Assembly: GCA_963693365.1 (NCBI GenBank) | Contig: CAVNZM010000001.1 | Location: forward strand, 10,504,161 to 10,568,160 | DNA from: Amoebidium appalachense | Taxonomy: Eukaryota; Protista; Ichthyosporea | Length of the DNA stretch: 64,000 bases | Direction of reading: 5' to 3' | Shown here: positions 23,066 to 45,690 of the stretch, piece by piece | Layout: each line of letters opens with the position of its first letter | Numbering within the stretch: position 1 is the first letter of the stretch | Translations under genes and position numbers: made by a program | The notes under the pieces: generated by a model | What the model was told of the DNA's origin: nothing | The model's database searches: none | The model's input: the letters and a program-made list of their open reading frames with translations, nothing else

Positions 23066-24090
23066 TTTGTCCCACCGCCCCCAGAGGAGATTGAACGGCA
23101 AAAGGCGCTCGCTGCAGAGTTTGAGCGTATAAACCAGCGTTTAGCGGAAGGTAAACCCAAAGAAGATCGTCGCAAATACAACAAGGGGGCAGCGGAGCGA
23201 GAGCCGTACACTTATACGGAAAAGGTGCAGATCATTGAAGAGATTCTCGATGTGAAAGCCAAGAACACGGCGGCGGCGATTGCAAAGTACCGCGAGAAAC
23301 ACCCCCTGAAGAAATCTTCAACAATATTTGAGTAAGTTGGCCAAGGCACGTACATTATCATAGTCGTTTCACTTAGTTCTATGGTAATGCAAGTCTGTGA
23401 GTTTGTCTACTTGCCAAATCATTTGTTATGTATGAACTTGAACCAGTATTAGTTGTTGTACCTGTACCGCATAATGCACGGGAGGCTCTGATTACTCTAT
23501 TTGTTGTTAGTCACTTGCTCTTGTCCTGTTACTTTTGGATAAAAGTGCCGGTGAAACCCAAAGAAATAGCGAAAACTGTACCGGACCAACAACTCAAATG
23601 TAACTCATCGTACCTTCCATGTTTTCATGTGGATGCGAAAAAAGGGGAAGATCTTTTCTCTGGCTGCTGAAGAAGGGCTGAAGGCACTGAAGCTAACAGG
23701 TACGAGCACAGCTTGCTTGCGTTGCTCGCTGTGTTGTTTTGCCTTTCTGGTATGTAGTAGGGAAACAAGGATAGGGAAACAAGGATAACCAATAGCTGAG
23801 GCCTGATGTGTTAAGACTTATAACTTGGTTAACAAATCACTTGCTTGCTCTTCCCCCCTCCCCCCCCCCCTCCCCCCTTTCCCCCTTATTTCTAAACCAC
23901 ACTGTTCACACCAATCCCGCACACATTTAATTCACTATGGGCCCTCTTGTGTCCGTTTCTCCATATCCCCCCCCCCCCTCCCCCCCCCCCCCCCTTCCCC
24001 CTTTCCCCCTCTTTCTCCCGGCGCTCACAGCTTCCCCCTTCCCTGACCTCTGCGCGCACACACACACACCATGATGGCACATCTGCGCGA

Positions 24091-24146
<56 letters not shown>

Positions 24147-24659
24147 AGACACACACACACACACACGTCACACACACACACACACACACACGCTTCTTAC
24201 CCAGTTGGGTGGAGGGTAGCTGCCGCGGGGAGGGGGGGGGGGGGGGGGGGGGGGGCTTTACATAATTGAGACGGGCTCTGGAAGCCTAAAAAAAAAAACA
24301 CTAATAAAAAGTTAACATAACGACCACGACCCTTGTCGCCGCGGTATGTTATGCGCGGACGGACACTGTATCATCCCCTCCACCAATCGTTCAAGCTATT
24401 TTCTGCTTCTCTAGACTTCATAAGTTCTGGTCCGGGTTTCCGTCCTTACTAGTTTGAGGTTGGTTCTGTCGACTCTTTTTTTGCCACTCTCAGTCAGCCC
24501 CCTCAGTCCCCCCCCCCCCCCCCCCCCCCCCACCTTCTCGCAAGTAGGATGAGCTAATTCTTAGCTCGAGTTCCTAAGTTACAGGTTTTGCCAACTTGAC
24601 TTCATGGGCCAACGTTGGACACACGAGACACTGAATCAGCAGCTCTAAGGCTACCTTAT

Positions 24660-25382
24660 CATCTAGAGGTGGGTACCGGCTCTTTGTCCTATGGCTGCTG
24701 TTGTTTCCGTTTTTCGTTTCTGTGTTGCTCTTATAGCACGATGACTGGTTCTTTGATCTGTGCATGTTTAGCATCCATAGGTGGATACCGGCTCTTTGTC
24801 CTATGGCTGCTGTTGTTTCCGTGTTTCGTTTCTGTGTTGCTTTATAGCACGATGACTGATCATGTTGGCTTTGTTCAGATTTGCCTGCTTTGATCTGTGC
24901 ATGTTTAGCACCCATAGGTGGGTACCGGCTCTTTGTCCTGTTAAGGTAAATAAAGTATGGAGGCAAGACCCTGTGGGACTCTGGGGCTCTTCGTCCTATG
25001 GCTGCTAAGTTGTTTCCGTGTTTCGTTTCTGTGTTGCTCTTATAGCACGACGACTGATCATGACATTGTTGGCTTTGTTCAGATTTGCCTGCTTTGATCT
25101 GTGCATGTTCAGAGCACCCATAGGTGGGTACCGGCTCTTTGTCCTGTTAAGGTAAATAAAGTATGGAGGCAAGACCCTGTGGGTCTGGGGCTCTTTGTCA
25201 GCTGCTGTTGTTCCGTGTTTCGTTTCTGTGTTGCTCTTATAGCACGATGACTGATCACGTTGGCTTTGTTCATATTTGCCTGCTTTGATCTGTGCATGTT
25301 TAGCACCCATAGGTGGGACCCGGTACCGGCTCTTTGTCCTGTTAAGGTAAATAAAGTATGGAGGCAAGACCCTGTGGGTCTG
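24660..25382. repeat. Composite tandem repeat (~110-210-bp modules)
   Basis: Recurring blocks GGTGGGTACCGGCTCTTTGTCCT, TTTCGTTTCTGTGTTGCTCTTATAGCACGATGACTG and GTTAAGGTAAATAAAGTATGGAGGCAAGACCCTGTGGG, 3-5 copies each. Confidence 0.9.
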
Positions 25383-26799
25383 GCACCTCGTCGTCGTCAT
25401 CGATCGTCAAAGGTTCATGTGGGGTGGGTGGTGGTCCCCCGGGGGGGGGGGGGGGGGGGGTTTAATATATCATTACGACATCCTCCAGCCATCCAACAGA
25501 TGGCTTTAAGGATAACGACGGTCTTTTTAGTGTGACTTTTAGAACATCCTGAAATATGGCTTTAAAATTGCATCAAGAAATCTTCCGGTGCTCTTACCAG
25601 AACTATGAAGATATAATTATTCTATCTATGGAAGCGACCATATATAACGTTAGGCCGTCCTAACACTTAAAGCCGTCTAAAGTTTATATTAATTGTGTCT
25701 TTTCCTCAACTGATGATGAATCTATATTATGACGTAAATACGTCTAACGCATATCTGTGTCACTATGTACCAATAAAAATATCCCTAGCCAATCGGTGAG
25801 TTGCTTTTAGTACGTCCTAAAGTCGACAACTCGTGTTAGACTGAAATAACATATTACATAACTACATTTTAAGGATACATTTAGGTTAACCACAACATAT
25901 CTGTAATATATCTCTGCAAATTCTTCAAGAGGTGTTAAGTATGCCATATGTATTCGTCTGAATTCCAAAAAGTAGTATTAAAGATGGATATTGGTGATCG
26001 AAACGCGTTCTTGTAGACGGCTGACAGATAGGCTAAGCTTACAGATATGCTGGGGATATCTGTATTGTAAAAGTTCATAAATATTGTCTTTTTATAGATT
26101 CGTATAAGACATAACAAAGACGGCTCTATGATATGCTTTTGGGAGGAAACAGATGGAACACGGGATAGGGTTTCGCCGGGTTACAGATATGCTAAGGGCA
26201 CAATAAGGACGTACTCACAGAGATGTCTTTAACAGGGCCTGCTAAAGCCGGACGGGTTATATGGAAAGCTTGGAGTCCTCTCTAACTAATAACGGTTATA
26301 AAGGGTATAGTTCAGGATGGGTTACGGGGTTAGGATGTCCCAGAGTGGTTTCAGACGGGAAAAAGATGCCGGGAGATGTTTGCTGATGTAGTACGTCAGG
26401 AACACGTACACTAGACCTATCAGAATGGAGGGAGCAACAACGTGTACCCAAAGGGCAAATGGTTGGATACAAAGGAAGCAGCAGCGTTTCACTGAGAGAG
26501 GGCGAGAGAGAGGAACAAATAATATATGATTCTACGGAATATATGCTATAAACTAGTTTATAGTATGCAACAACTTCGAATTCTTGCAACTATAGAAACT
26601 ACACACGTGTATACGTGTATGTGTATTTCAACATCGAGATTTTTTTTTCTTTTTCTCCCCACTGCACGACTGGTGACTACTAATTGACGTACTATAGCTA
26701 TACGTGATGTTCATCATGATCAAGATGACTTCATAAACTGCAGGACTTATATACTATAACAGGAGCACTGGTGGCCGTTCTGAACATGGGTTCACAACA

Positions 26800-27852
26800 C
26801 TAAGAGCAAGGGCACGCAGTAAGAGCACGGTCGGTCATACTGAGCACGGGCGGATGTAAGAGCATGGGCGGACACCAGAGCACGGACAGCCATATGCCAG
26901 CAAGGGCAGCCATACGAGCACGGGCAGCCAGAAGAGCACAGGCTGCCATAAGAGCACGGGCGGTCATAAGAGCATGGGCGGTCATAAGAGCACGGGCGGC
27001 CATAAGATCAAGAGCACGGACGGCCATAAGAGCACGGCCGGCCATAACTTGAAGAGCACACGTACGGGCGGCCATAAGAGCACTGACGGCCATCAGAGCA
27101 CGGGCGTCCATAAGAGCACGGACGGTCATAAGAGCATGGACGGTCATAAGAGCACAGGCGGCCATATTACTAGTACTAGAGCACGGGATCCGGATGCCAG
27201 AAGATCACGGACGTCCATAAGAGCACGGGCGGTCAGATGAGCACGGACGGCCGGGTGTCCATATTAAGAGCACGGGCGATCACTGGGGCACGAGCGACCA
27301 CTGGGGCACGGGCTGACATAAGAGCACGGACAACCACTGGGCACGGACGGTCAGATGAGTGAGCACGGACGGCCATAAGAGCCCGTGGACGGCCATAAGA
27401 GCACAGGCGGCCAGATGAGCACGGACGGCCATAAGAGCACGGGCGGCCATAAGAGCATGGACGGTTATAAGAGCACGGGCGACCACTGGGGCACGGGCGG
27501 CCATATTATGAGCACGGGCGGCCAGATAAGCACGGATGGCCATAATTATAGAGCATGGGCGGCCAGATGAGCATGGACAGTCATAAGAGCACGCCGTCAG
27601 GCGGACATAATACTAGTAAGAGCACGGAAGGCCAGAAGAGCACGGACGGCCATAAGAGCACGGGCGGCCAGATGAGCACGGGCAATCACTGGGGCATGGG
27701 CGACCACTGGGGCACGGGCGGACATACGAGCACGGACATAAGAGAATGGGTGGTCAGATGAACACCGACGGCCATCTTAGAGCCCGGGTCGGCAACAAGA
27801 ACACGGACGGTCATAAGATCACGGACGATCACTGGGGCACGGGTGACCACTG
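26800..27852. repeat. ~18-bp minisatellite, consensus ATAAGAGCACGG(G/A)CGGCC, ~1 kb
   Basis: Dozens of degenerate units with variant classes (CATAAGAGCAC, CAGATGAGCAC, CACTGGGGCAC). Confidence 0.95.
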
Positions 27853-29314
27853 GTCCACTAGACTACTCCCAGCTTTCAGCAGCCTGATTCACGTCAGTTG
27901 GGTCGAGTGATGCACTTCACGGGGTCGACCGTGAGCACCAGCTCGCGGTCCGGCTGAGTCAGGCGGGCCGGGTCAGGGCATGGTAAATTCGATGCATCAT
28001 TACGTATGACGTAGGCTCGGGTCTGACCTTCACCTCTTCGGTCAGGTCGGATCACACGACACGGACGGCCCGCCCGAAAAAAGTGGAGCTAGGGCCCCAC
28101 CTCTACCTACTTCGGCCTCGGTGGTGGAAGTTGCAGTAATCGACTGAAGCTTGCAATTGGAGTGGTAGGTGACGGGGGTGCCCTCAACCCTAAACCCTAA
28201 ATGTGCTGAAACAGTCTCTAACAGGGAGAAGTCTAAGGCTGTTTCCTATCTAATGTATTTTTGATTAATTGTGCGAGATGCCAGGTTGTTTGGGTTTACG
28301 GGCATTGTAACATCAACATCAAAAGCGACTCTGTGGGAGAAGTCACAGCAAGCGAAGTCCTGAGACTCCTGACTGAGAATTTTTTTGGTATGAATCTGAT
28401 TGGCTTAAAGAGTATCACCCTAACTCATGTAGGATGAACACATATGATTGGATAATCGAGGCTCGGTATTTAGGCAATATTATTTATCGTGTGTTCTATT
28501 GGCTGTATGTCAGCGCTGTGTATTTTGATCCAAAGGGGGCATGGTGCGCTGAGGCATGGTGCGCTGAGGATTGCCGGTACCCAGCTGCAGCCTTCAAAGG
28601 AGAGTGCAGGAAACGTGAACTGGGCTTTTAGCCATTTCATTAGTTTTTCCCGCCTGACGCACCCTAGCTCAGTAGCTATTTATACGGCGTATGTGGGAAA
28701 TCATAGTTCCACTGGCGCATATACACACGCCTACCTCGTACCGTCTCAACCGTGTACATCAAAAACACATGCACCAACGTACACTCAATGATCATCACAC
28801 TTTCAATGATCATCACGCTGAGTAATATGGCCTTATATACCACTGACCATCCGCTCACCCGGGAGCCGCTTCCACCAATAGGAATCGTCCTGTAGCCAGA
28901 CAGCCAATAGACAGACACTGTGCAATTATTAGTTACATTCGTGTAGCCACATCAAGCCAATGATATGCGAGTTTATGTATAGCCATATAAGGAGATGACA
29001 ACAAAGCGAATATACATATCTTACGAGCGAAGTGATTAGCGCACACAAATACAGTTACAGAGAAGTAACCCAAAGAACACAATGATAATCAAGCATGCTA
29101 AGTAACGAAATCATGTACCTATGTAAGCACAGAGAATAAATATCCAACGAGTGAGTGCAAGGGAAACCAAAACTATGCATGCTGGTCGTGCATATGAATA
29201 AATCTTAACATAAAACGTTTATGCAATGGTATGCAAACACAAAAGGCATGTGTGTACAAGCCAACCACGTGTATGCATGCACAACCCAGAAGGAAAGAGT
29301 AACCTGTGTGTGTG

Positions 29315-30140
<826 letters not shown>

Positions 30141-30357
30141 GAAAGAGGGGGGGAAAAAAAGAGAGAGAGAGAGAGAGTGAGAGATGGAGATAGAGAGAGA
30201 GAGAGAGAGAGCCTGAGAGACCGGGCATAGAGGGAGAGAGAGGGAGAAAGGGGGAGAGCTGGAAGAAAGGCTGGGGGGGGGGGACGGGGGTAGGAAGGGG
30301 GGGTGGTGGAGGGGGGGGAATGGAGGAGGGGGAGGGGGTTGGGGGGAGGGAAGGTGG

Positions 30358-30396
<39 letters not shown>

Positions 30397-30642
30397 CTCT
30401 CACCCTGTCCTGCCTTGCTGGGCTCAGGGGTCCACCACTCCTCTTGTCTTCCAACAGGTTTTGAAAGTACGCGTACTTGGAGACAAAGTCGCCATTTGTA
30501 ATCGGGTACCAGGGATAAGGAAGACACGAAAAGTTACAAACAACATTCAATTTGATCTAAACACATGTGATATTCATAGCCAGACACCGTGCACACAAAT
30601 GTGATGTTACAAATACAAACACACACACACACGCACACCGTG

Positions 30643-30699
<57 letters not shown>

Positions 30700-30704
<5 letters not shown>

Positions 30705-30980
30705 ACCTCACAACACACAAGGCCTCCACACTGTTATTGCACACACACGCACACACAACAACACACTCACACACACACACGTCACACAAACACTTGTAAA
30801 TATTTGGCATACACACCCACACACACACACACACACGTGCGCGCACGCCCACCACACAACACACAAGGACTCCACAATGTTATTGCACACACATGCACAC
30901 ACAAAAGCACACACACACACACACACACATGTCATACACACACGTGTAAATATATGGCGCGCGCGCAAACACACACACAC

Positions 30981-31015
<35 letters not shown>

Positions 31016-31145
31016 CACTTGCGCGCACGTGCACCTCACAACACACAAGGCCTCCACAATGTTATTGCACACACACACGCACACAAAAGCACACACACAC
31101 AGACACGTACGTCACACACACACGGGTAAATTCATGGTACGCGCA
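30700..31145. repeat. Degenerate ~150-170-bp tandem triplication embedded in (CA)n
   Basis: CACAACACACAAGG(C/A)CTCCACA(C/A)TGTTATTGCACAC occurs three times. Confidence 0.8.
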
Positions 31146-31554
31146 TACACGACCTGAAACACACATCCGCACACACGGTGGCACACACGTGCACTCACAC
31201 GTAAACACACACACACACTCACACAGATTCACACTCACACATACACACACATACGCACACATAAACACACATATGCACACATAAACACACAAACACACAA
31301 ACACCGTACACTCACACTCACGCACACAAACACACAGTTTCCGGCTTACACACACGTTGGTCCGTCAAGGTTACACATCTACACACATACACAAAAGCCG
31401 TCCACCAACAGGCACCATAAGTGACACACGCGCACACTGGCACAGGGCTGCTAGCACATGGACACTATGACATACAAGGACACACAGTCACAGACCTGGT
31501 AACACTCAGATGTGTGCACATGTTCATGGCAACATGGCTTTGAGCGCAGCCAGT

Positions 31555-31603
<49 letters not shown>

Positions 31604-31834
31604 AAAAAAAAAAAAAAAAACCAGAAAAAAAAAAAAAAAAAAAAAAAAAAGGTACAAGAGAGCCCCCAGGCAGCCTACTTTCAAACACACTTTCTTTATA
31701 CAATGCATGTGGACACCCACTCTCTCCTGTGGGTGCCTGATACTAACACACCCCACCTACACCAAATCCTAAAGCACATACCGGGCTGGGTATAACAAAC
31801 CTTTTTTTTTTTTGCTTGTTATTTTTTAATTAAT

Positions 31835-31870
<36 letters not shown>

Positions 31871-31896
31871 GGGGGGATTAAAGCAAGACATCTTAC

Positions 31897-32093
31897 CTTC
31901 CTCCTCACTGGATGAAAAAGAGCCCTCCAAGACCAGAAGAAGTTTGTTGCCCTTGCCGATTACCCTATTGATCTCGTCAAAGGTGAAGTCCTCATGCTGG
32001 ATACGAAAGTCACTTAACGGCTCATTCCTGTTGCGAAAGCCAACGGCGTTAGCATTTGCCCGAAGCCCCTTGCCACCAAGAGTCGAAGCAAGC
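31897..32093 (-). CDS. Probable internal exon of an unidentified minus-strand gene
   Basis: CACAG acceptor and GTAAGA donor flank an open, non-repetitive frame LASTLGGKGLRANANAVGFRNRNEPLSDFRIQHEDFTFDEINRVIGKGNKLLLVLEGSFSSSEEE. Partner exons could not be assigned. Confidence 0.4.
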
Positions 32094-32270
32094 CTGTGTA
32101 GCAGTGTAAACGTTAGTACCACAACAGCAGAGGAATAAAGTGTCACTGTGACCACGGTATTCCTACATTCGTCTGCACATAAATGGTACTCTATCAACGA
32201 CCTTGCCCACAGCTTGCCTGCTACAGAAACTGTACAACGACTGCACAAACTGGCACATGCCACCTTCAAT

Positions 32271-32334
<64 letters not shown>

Positions 32335-32573
32335 CTTCGCTCCTCAATCCCCCCCCGTTTGGTTTGTGTACCTTTTATTTCACATGGCCATGGAAGGGGG
32401 CTAGTCACGAAATCAGTCCGAATATTACCGCCTACTCCCCTTCTCCCCTTTGTCCTCCCCCTGAGCCAATGATGTGCCCCTTTTACAGGCCATGAAATCT
32501 AACACCTAACTCCACTCTCCTACCTTCCCTCCCTCCTTCCCCACACGTTCCTCCCACCTCCCCCCCCTTCCCC

Positions 32574-32612
<39 letters not shown>

Positions 32613-33335
32613 TTCCTCCATGACGTAGCTGAACACAGATGAATTGGCACTTTAGCATGCCCCTTTCTAACTTATACAGTGGTGTTTATTACAACCTGAT
32701 AAACCAGCAAATGGCAGTAACCAAGCCAAAGCATGTGTGAGTATTCAGCAAGCGCACAACTAAACCCATCCCGTCCCACCCTCCCTTACCCCCCCCCCCC
32801 CCTCCCCCCCCCCCCCCCTTCCCCCCACCCACCCACCCAACCAGCCGGCGGTACATACACAAACCCGTTGCACACTAACCCATGGCACACAAACGCATAC
32901 AAGGCACACACACACCCACACACCCACCCAAGCTCAAGGGAGAGCGGATGTGTTCACGCATGCACGTGTGTGCGTGTTCACATGCATAATGAATGCCAGT
33001 ATGCATGGAATGTGTGGTTTCATCCATCCTTTTTTTAAAACGCCCAGTATAACCGCTATATCACCGCAGGCTTCGGATTTCAGTCTTTTGACATGCCTGC
33101 CATCCACTGCTTGCCTTCCATCCTCCTCCGCTCCCCCCCCCCTCCCCCTCCCCTTCCCCCCGGCCCCTCCCCACAGTTCATGCATTCCGGTACAACATGG
33201 ACTCGAATTCAAGTTGTTGCTTACCGTGTGCAGCTGTGGGGTTATGCCTGGTGGGAAGACCTGGTTTTCTGCAGGTGGCTGTGGAAAGTGAATTTGTGTA
33301 GCAAAGGACGGGGGTGCAGACGGGTGGAGAAGGGG

Positions 33336-33369
<34 letters not shown>

Positions 33370-33555
33370 GGGAGGAGGGGGAGGGGAGAGGGGACGGGGG
33401 TACTGAGTAGTAGGCAAGAAGTTTGGTGCAAGAAAACGTTAGCCCTTGGGAAGTGAGGGCCGGTGTTGTGAAAGCATAAAGGTGTGGAGGGAGAAATAGA
33501 ATGGGACAGGGAGACAGAAAGAATTAGTTTGAAAAGAGGAAAGGCTGGAGAGGAA

Positions 33556-33603
<48 letters not shown>

Positions 33604-33658
33604 TCTTAAGTACGACGATAGGCAAAGGTGTGTGTGAGTGTGAGAGTGTGAGTGAGTG

Positions 33659-33810
<152 letters not shown>

Positions 33811-33894
33811 GCGTGTGTGTTCGTGCGCGTGTGGGTGGGTGGGTGGGTGGGTGTTGTGGGCGAGTGCTTTTCTTTTTTTCTTTTCATTTTCATT

Positions 33895-33925
<31 letters not shown>

Positions 33926-34289
33926 GGATTTTGTGAGGGATGGAGGGGGAGGGAGCGGGGGGGGGGGGGGGGGGGGGGTTCTTAAGGGAGGGGGGAGTAG
34001 AGTTTTAATGGTACCAAATAGTTTATATTGAGGGACAGGCACTGATAGCACAGGGGAGGGGATTTGGGTACGGTTTTTATTGAGCTGTTTTCCGTTACTC
34101 TTCCACAGTTGCACCAAATACGATGAAAGACACACAAAAAGGCCTGGCCACGTGGGTGAAATGACCATTTTCGGAAAGCTGCAGGATACTCGTTGCAAGA
34201 CACAGGGTAACTCTGACAACTACTCCCTCCCCCCTCCCCCCTCCCTCTACGTTTTCCCTCCCCCTCCCTCCATCTCCCTCCCCCTCAAC

Positions 34290-39432
<5,143 letters not shown>

Positions 39433-40152
39433 AGAATGGCCCGACGACGGAGGGAAAACGACCATCGGTAGAGTCAAGCTGTCTTTCATTAACAGTCACA
39501 AAAGCGGGTGTGTTGTGTCTGCAAACAAAATCTCGTCCGATCGTGCGCTGTCATTGGGCATGGCCAGAGTAACCCCAAAGTGCTCAAACATGAAACTCAG
39601 CAGGTCGCAGAGGAGGGCAACAAATATCACGAAGATTACGCGCCAAAATTACAAAATAGCCACATATAGTGTTTTTAGGATGCATTTGATTTGTTAATTG
39701 TTCGCGCCAAATAGTTGTTCCCAAATACGGTAATATTTTAGAGCATTCGATTTGTCTAAAACTCGTAGCGCGGCAAAGGAAAGTTCTCCGAAAGCTCACA
39801 AAATTCAACCCTCGAGCTTGTTTTCAGCCTTCAAGTTTCAACGTCGCAACATGCACACGGGACCACTACAGACTAAACGGTTGCCAATCACACATTAATG
39901 CATCTTGTGACCAATTTTGGTCTAGGTTGGCCAAGGAAACATGCCAGTGTAACCAACACTGAGAAATGTAGTGAGTGATTAGCAAGGCAGAAAGGAGCCG
40001 GCATCCTATCCACAAAGGCACCCACCTGCAACAACATGTTCGTGGTTGGATCGCCTTCTGCAATTAGGTGTTCCCTTTACTGAACAGGTTGGCCCTTTTA
40101 AATATCTATATACTTTAGACACACGCCCTCACACACACGTACGCGCGCGCGC

Positions 40153-40191
<39 letters not shown>

Positions 40192-40196
40192 CGCAC

Positions 40197-40240
<44 letters not shown>

Positions 40241-40313
40241 CTAATATGCACATCTACACATACACGTACATGCAAGGGCATTCGGCAGCGCGCACACACA
40301 CACACACACAGGT

Positions 40314-40390
<77 letters not shown>

Positions 40391-41113
40391 TAGATGGTCT
40401 GAGCAGCTGTGTGTCTTCTTTTACTGTGGGGGAGGGGGTGGGGAGGGAGGGGCACATGATGAACGAAGCGCGGTTCTCTTTTCAGGCCTAAAATGCATGA
40501 AGCACTATGTACAAATGCACAAAGCCCCCGCCCCCCCCCCAACCCCACTCTTTCCCCTACACCCATACACTCCCTTTTTAACATTGTTGTTGCTGCATTT
40601 GGCCCCATGGGTGGGCATTCGATTTTGTATTTGTTTATTTTTACTTTGTTTTTTTAGGGTGGCCCGGTAGGGGTTGCTTTGGGGGCAAAGAGAGTCCATT
40701 AGGTTGAGAGGCAAGAATTTTAACATATTTTTATGTGTGTGTGTGTGTGTTGTGGGCCCCCGCGGGGGGGGGGGGGGGGGGGGGGGGGGGAGGGGGAGGG
40801 GGGGAGATGTTAGGGGCTACAGGTTAAGTTTTTGAATCATCGGGTTGGTTCAAGGCATGCCGGTTTATGATCTGGCACGTAAGATTGGTTGCTTCTGTGT
40901 GTGTAAGGCCCTCCTTTTGGATTGAACAATGTGGTGTTCGCGATACCACAGCTGTCATTGAAAAGATCGTTCTTGTCCTAGTCTAAAGCATTGTGGTGGT
41001 GGTTGGTTAGGTGGTTTTTTTCTTCAAGTTTCTTTTCTTTTTTCTTTTCCTTTTCTTTTCTTTTCCTTTTTTTTTTTTTTTTTTTTTTGGAAAGGGGGGG
41101 GGGGAGGGGGAGG

Positions 41114-41150
<37 letters not shown>

Positions 41151-41351
41151 ACGCACATACGTCAACACACACGCGGAAATACACACACCCTCATTGGCTC
41201 ACGTTCTGCCGATGCAAGCTAACACCACACACACACACACCTACGCATGGCACCACGTTTCACCTGTGAAAAACTGAAAAAGAAGAACAGAGAGCTAGAC
41301 TACGGTCGTGGTATGTCTTCTGACGTCCCCCCTCCCCCCTCCCCCCTCTCC

Positions 41352-41383
<32 letters not shown>

Positions 41384-41510
41384 ACACACACACGCGCGAA
41401 AAAAAACCAAATTATTGGTTTCTGTTTATAGACCATGCTGCCGGTGTCAGCAAGATGTTCGTGGACAGACCGAATGTCATGAGGGCAGCCCTCCGTCCTC
41501 ACATGTAACA

Positions 41511-41550
<40 letters not shown>

Positions 41551-42156
41551 ACCCCCCCCCGCGCCGCCGCCCAACCCCCACCTCACCCCACCCCACCCCA
41601 CCCAGTGAGAACGGGTTCTGCTGCTGTTCCATACTTGGATGTCTGCATTTTGCAGGTGTCCTACACCGTGTTTCTTATTGTGTAGTTGTTCTTCGCACCG
41701 TGTTCCACATTCTAAACCGCACTTCCCAACTCAACCAACAACCCCCCCCCCCCCCCCCCTCTCCTCCCCTCCGCTGTTCCCCTTAAAGCCACCCCGCCCC
41801 CCTCTGCCCCCCAACCCCCCAACCCCCCAACACATCCATCCCCACCCCCACCCGCCCGGAGGATGGGCACTGCTTATGATGCATACTCTGTGTTTGTGGT
41901 TTGCACTCTGCATTGTGTTGCCCGTCTCGAATGTTTGCTTCGTACTCCTTGACACATTCTAAACCTCCAAACCCCCCCCCCCCCCTCCCCCTCCCCCCCC
42001 CCCCCTCTTCCTCACCCTCTGCCCTTGGCCACTACCTTATGGTAACTATCTTCACGTTTTTTTGCTCGACTGTATATAGGTTTTTGTGTTTTGGTTTGAT
42101 TCCCACTGGCTAATGCATCCCCCGTCCCTTCCCGCCCCTCCCCCATTACATAGAAA

Positions 42157-45040
<2,884 letters not shown>

Positions 45041-45626
45041 ATGTGATATTGAACCCCCCCCTCACTGTGGTTGTGTCTTTGTTGCGGTGTTTGCTGGCCT
45101 GTGGTGTAATAGGGAAGAGGGTTCTAATCAGCAGACAGGAAAAATTTAAATGCTCAAGCCTACACCTTTTCGATTTTTCATCTCTGTTTTTATCCTAGTC
45201 ACGTCCCACCGGGCGGGAAGGAGGGGGGAGTGAGGGGAGGCGAGCAAAGAGAATTCTAACCCATGGTACCAGGGGCAGTGCAACCACATCCCATGTTAAG
45301 AATTTCTTGGGACACCCCCTGAAAGGGAGGGGGGGAAGAGGGGGGGGGAGGGGGGGGGGGGGGGGGGGGGGCACGGCCTTTCTTTGATTCAGAGGGAGGA
45401 GGGGTTGGTGGTGCACGTGGTGGTGGTGGTGGTGGGAGCCTCCTCGGGGTGGAGGGGTGGATACCTTTGGGGTTCGTGATTAGCAAACCAACCCGGGTTT
45501 GTTCTGAAATAAGTTCGTTAGAGAAATGCATATATATAGCCCAGGGAATTTATTGGATGAAACTCTGAGCTCTCTCTGCCTCTCTCTCGCTCTCGCTCTG
45601 TCTCCGTCTCTCTCTCTCTCTCTCTT

Positions 45627-45690
<64 letters not shown>

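Larger units (their letters stand above)
16097..23699 (+). pseudogene. Transposase N-terminus (C2HC zinc finger plus Brinker/CENP-B-psq-like HTH), split by the Copia insertion and an intron
   Basis: 16097-16311 encodes ...CQGCGYSCGNAGALSNHERSC...THEFV. Removing the Copia and one TSD copy continues in frame at 23071 with PPPPEEIERQ...REPYTYTEKVQIIEEILD...KSSTIF. A GTAAGT donor at 23332 and an exon at 23629-23699 give (E)WMRKKGKIFSLA, completing an HTH-like helix. That acceptor reads CAT, not CAG. Confidence 0.75.
15342..24368 (+). mobile_element. pogo/Tigger-like (Tc1/mariner superfamily) DNA transposon, internally deleted, ~2.27 kb once the nested Copia is removed
   Basis: Perfect 24-bp TIRs CAGTGTCCGTCCGCGCATAACATA (15342-15365 and 24345-24368) flanked by TA (15340-41, 24369-70); subterminal AACATAA repeats; internal ORF with a pogo-type HTH; no DDE domain seen. 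Confidence 0.92.

Noticed and set aside
25710-25745. CTGATGA as a hammerhead ribozyme core
   Set aside because: No stem II followed by GAAA; other CTGANGA hits checked by eye also lacked the fold.
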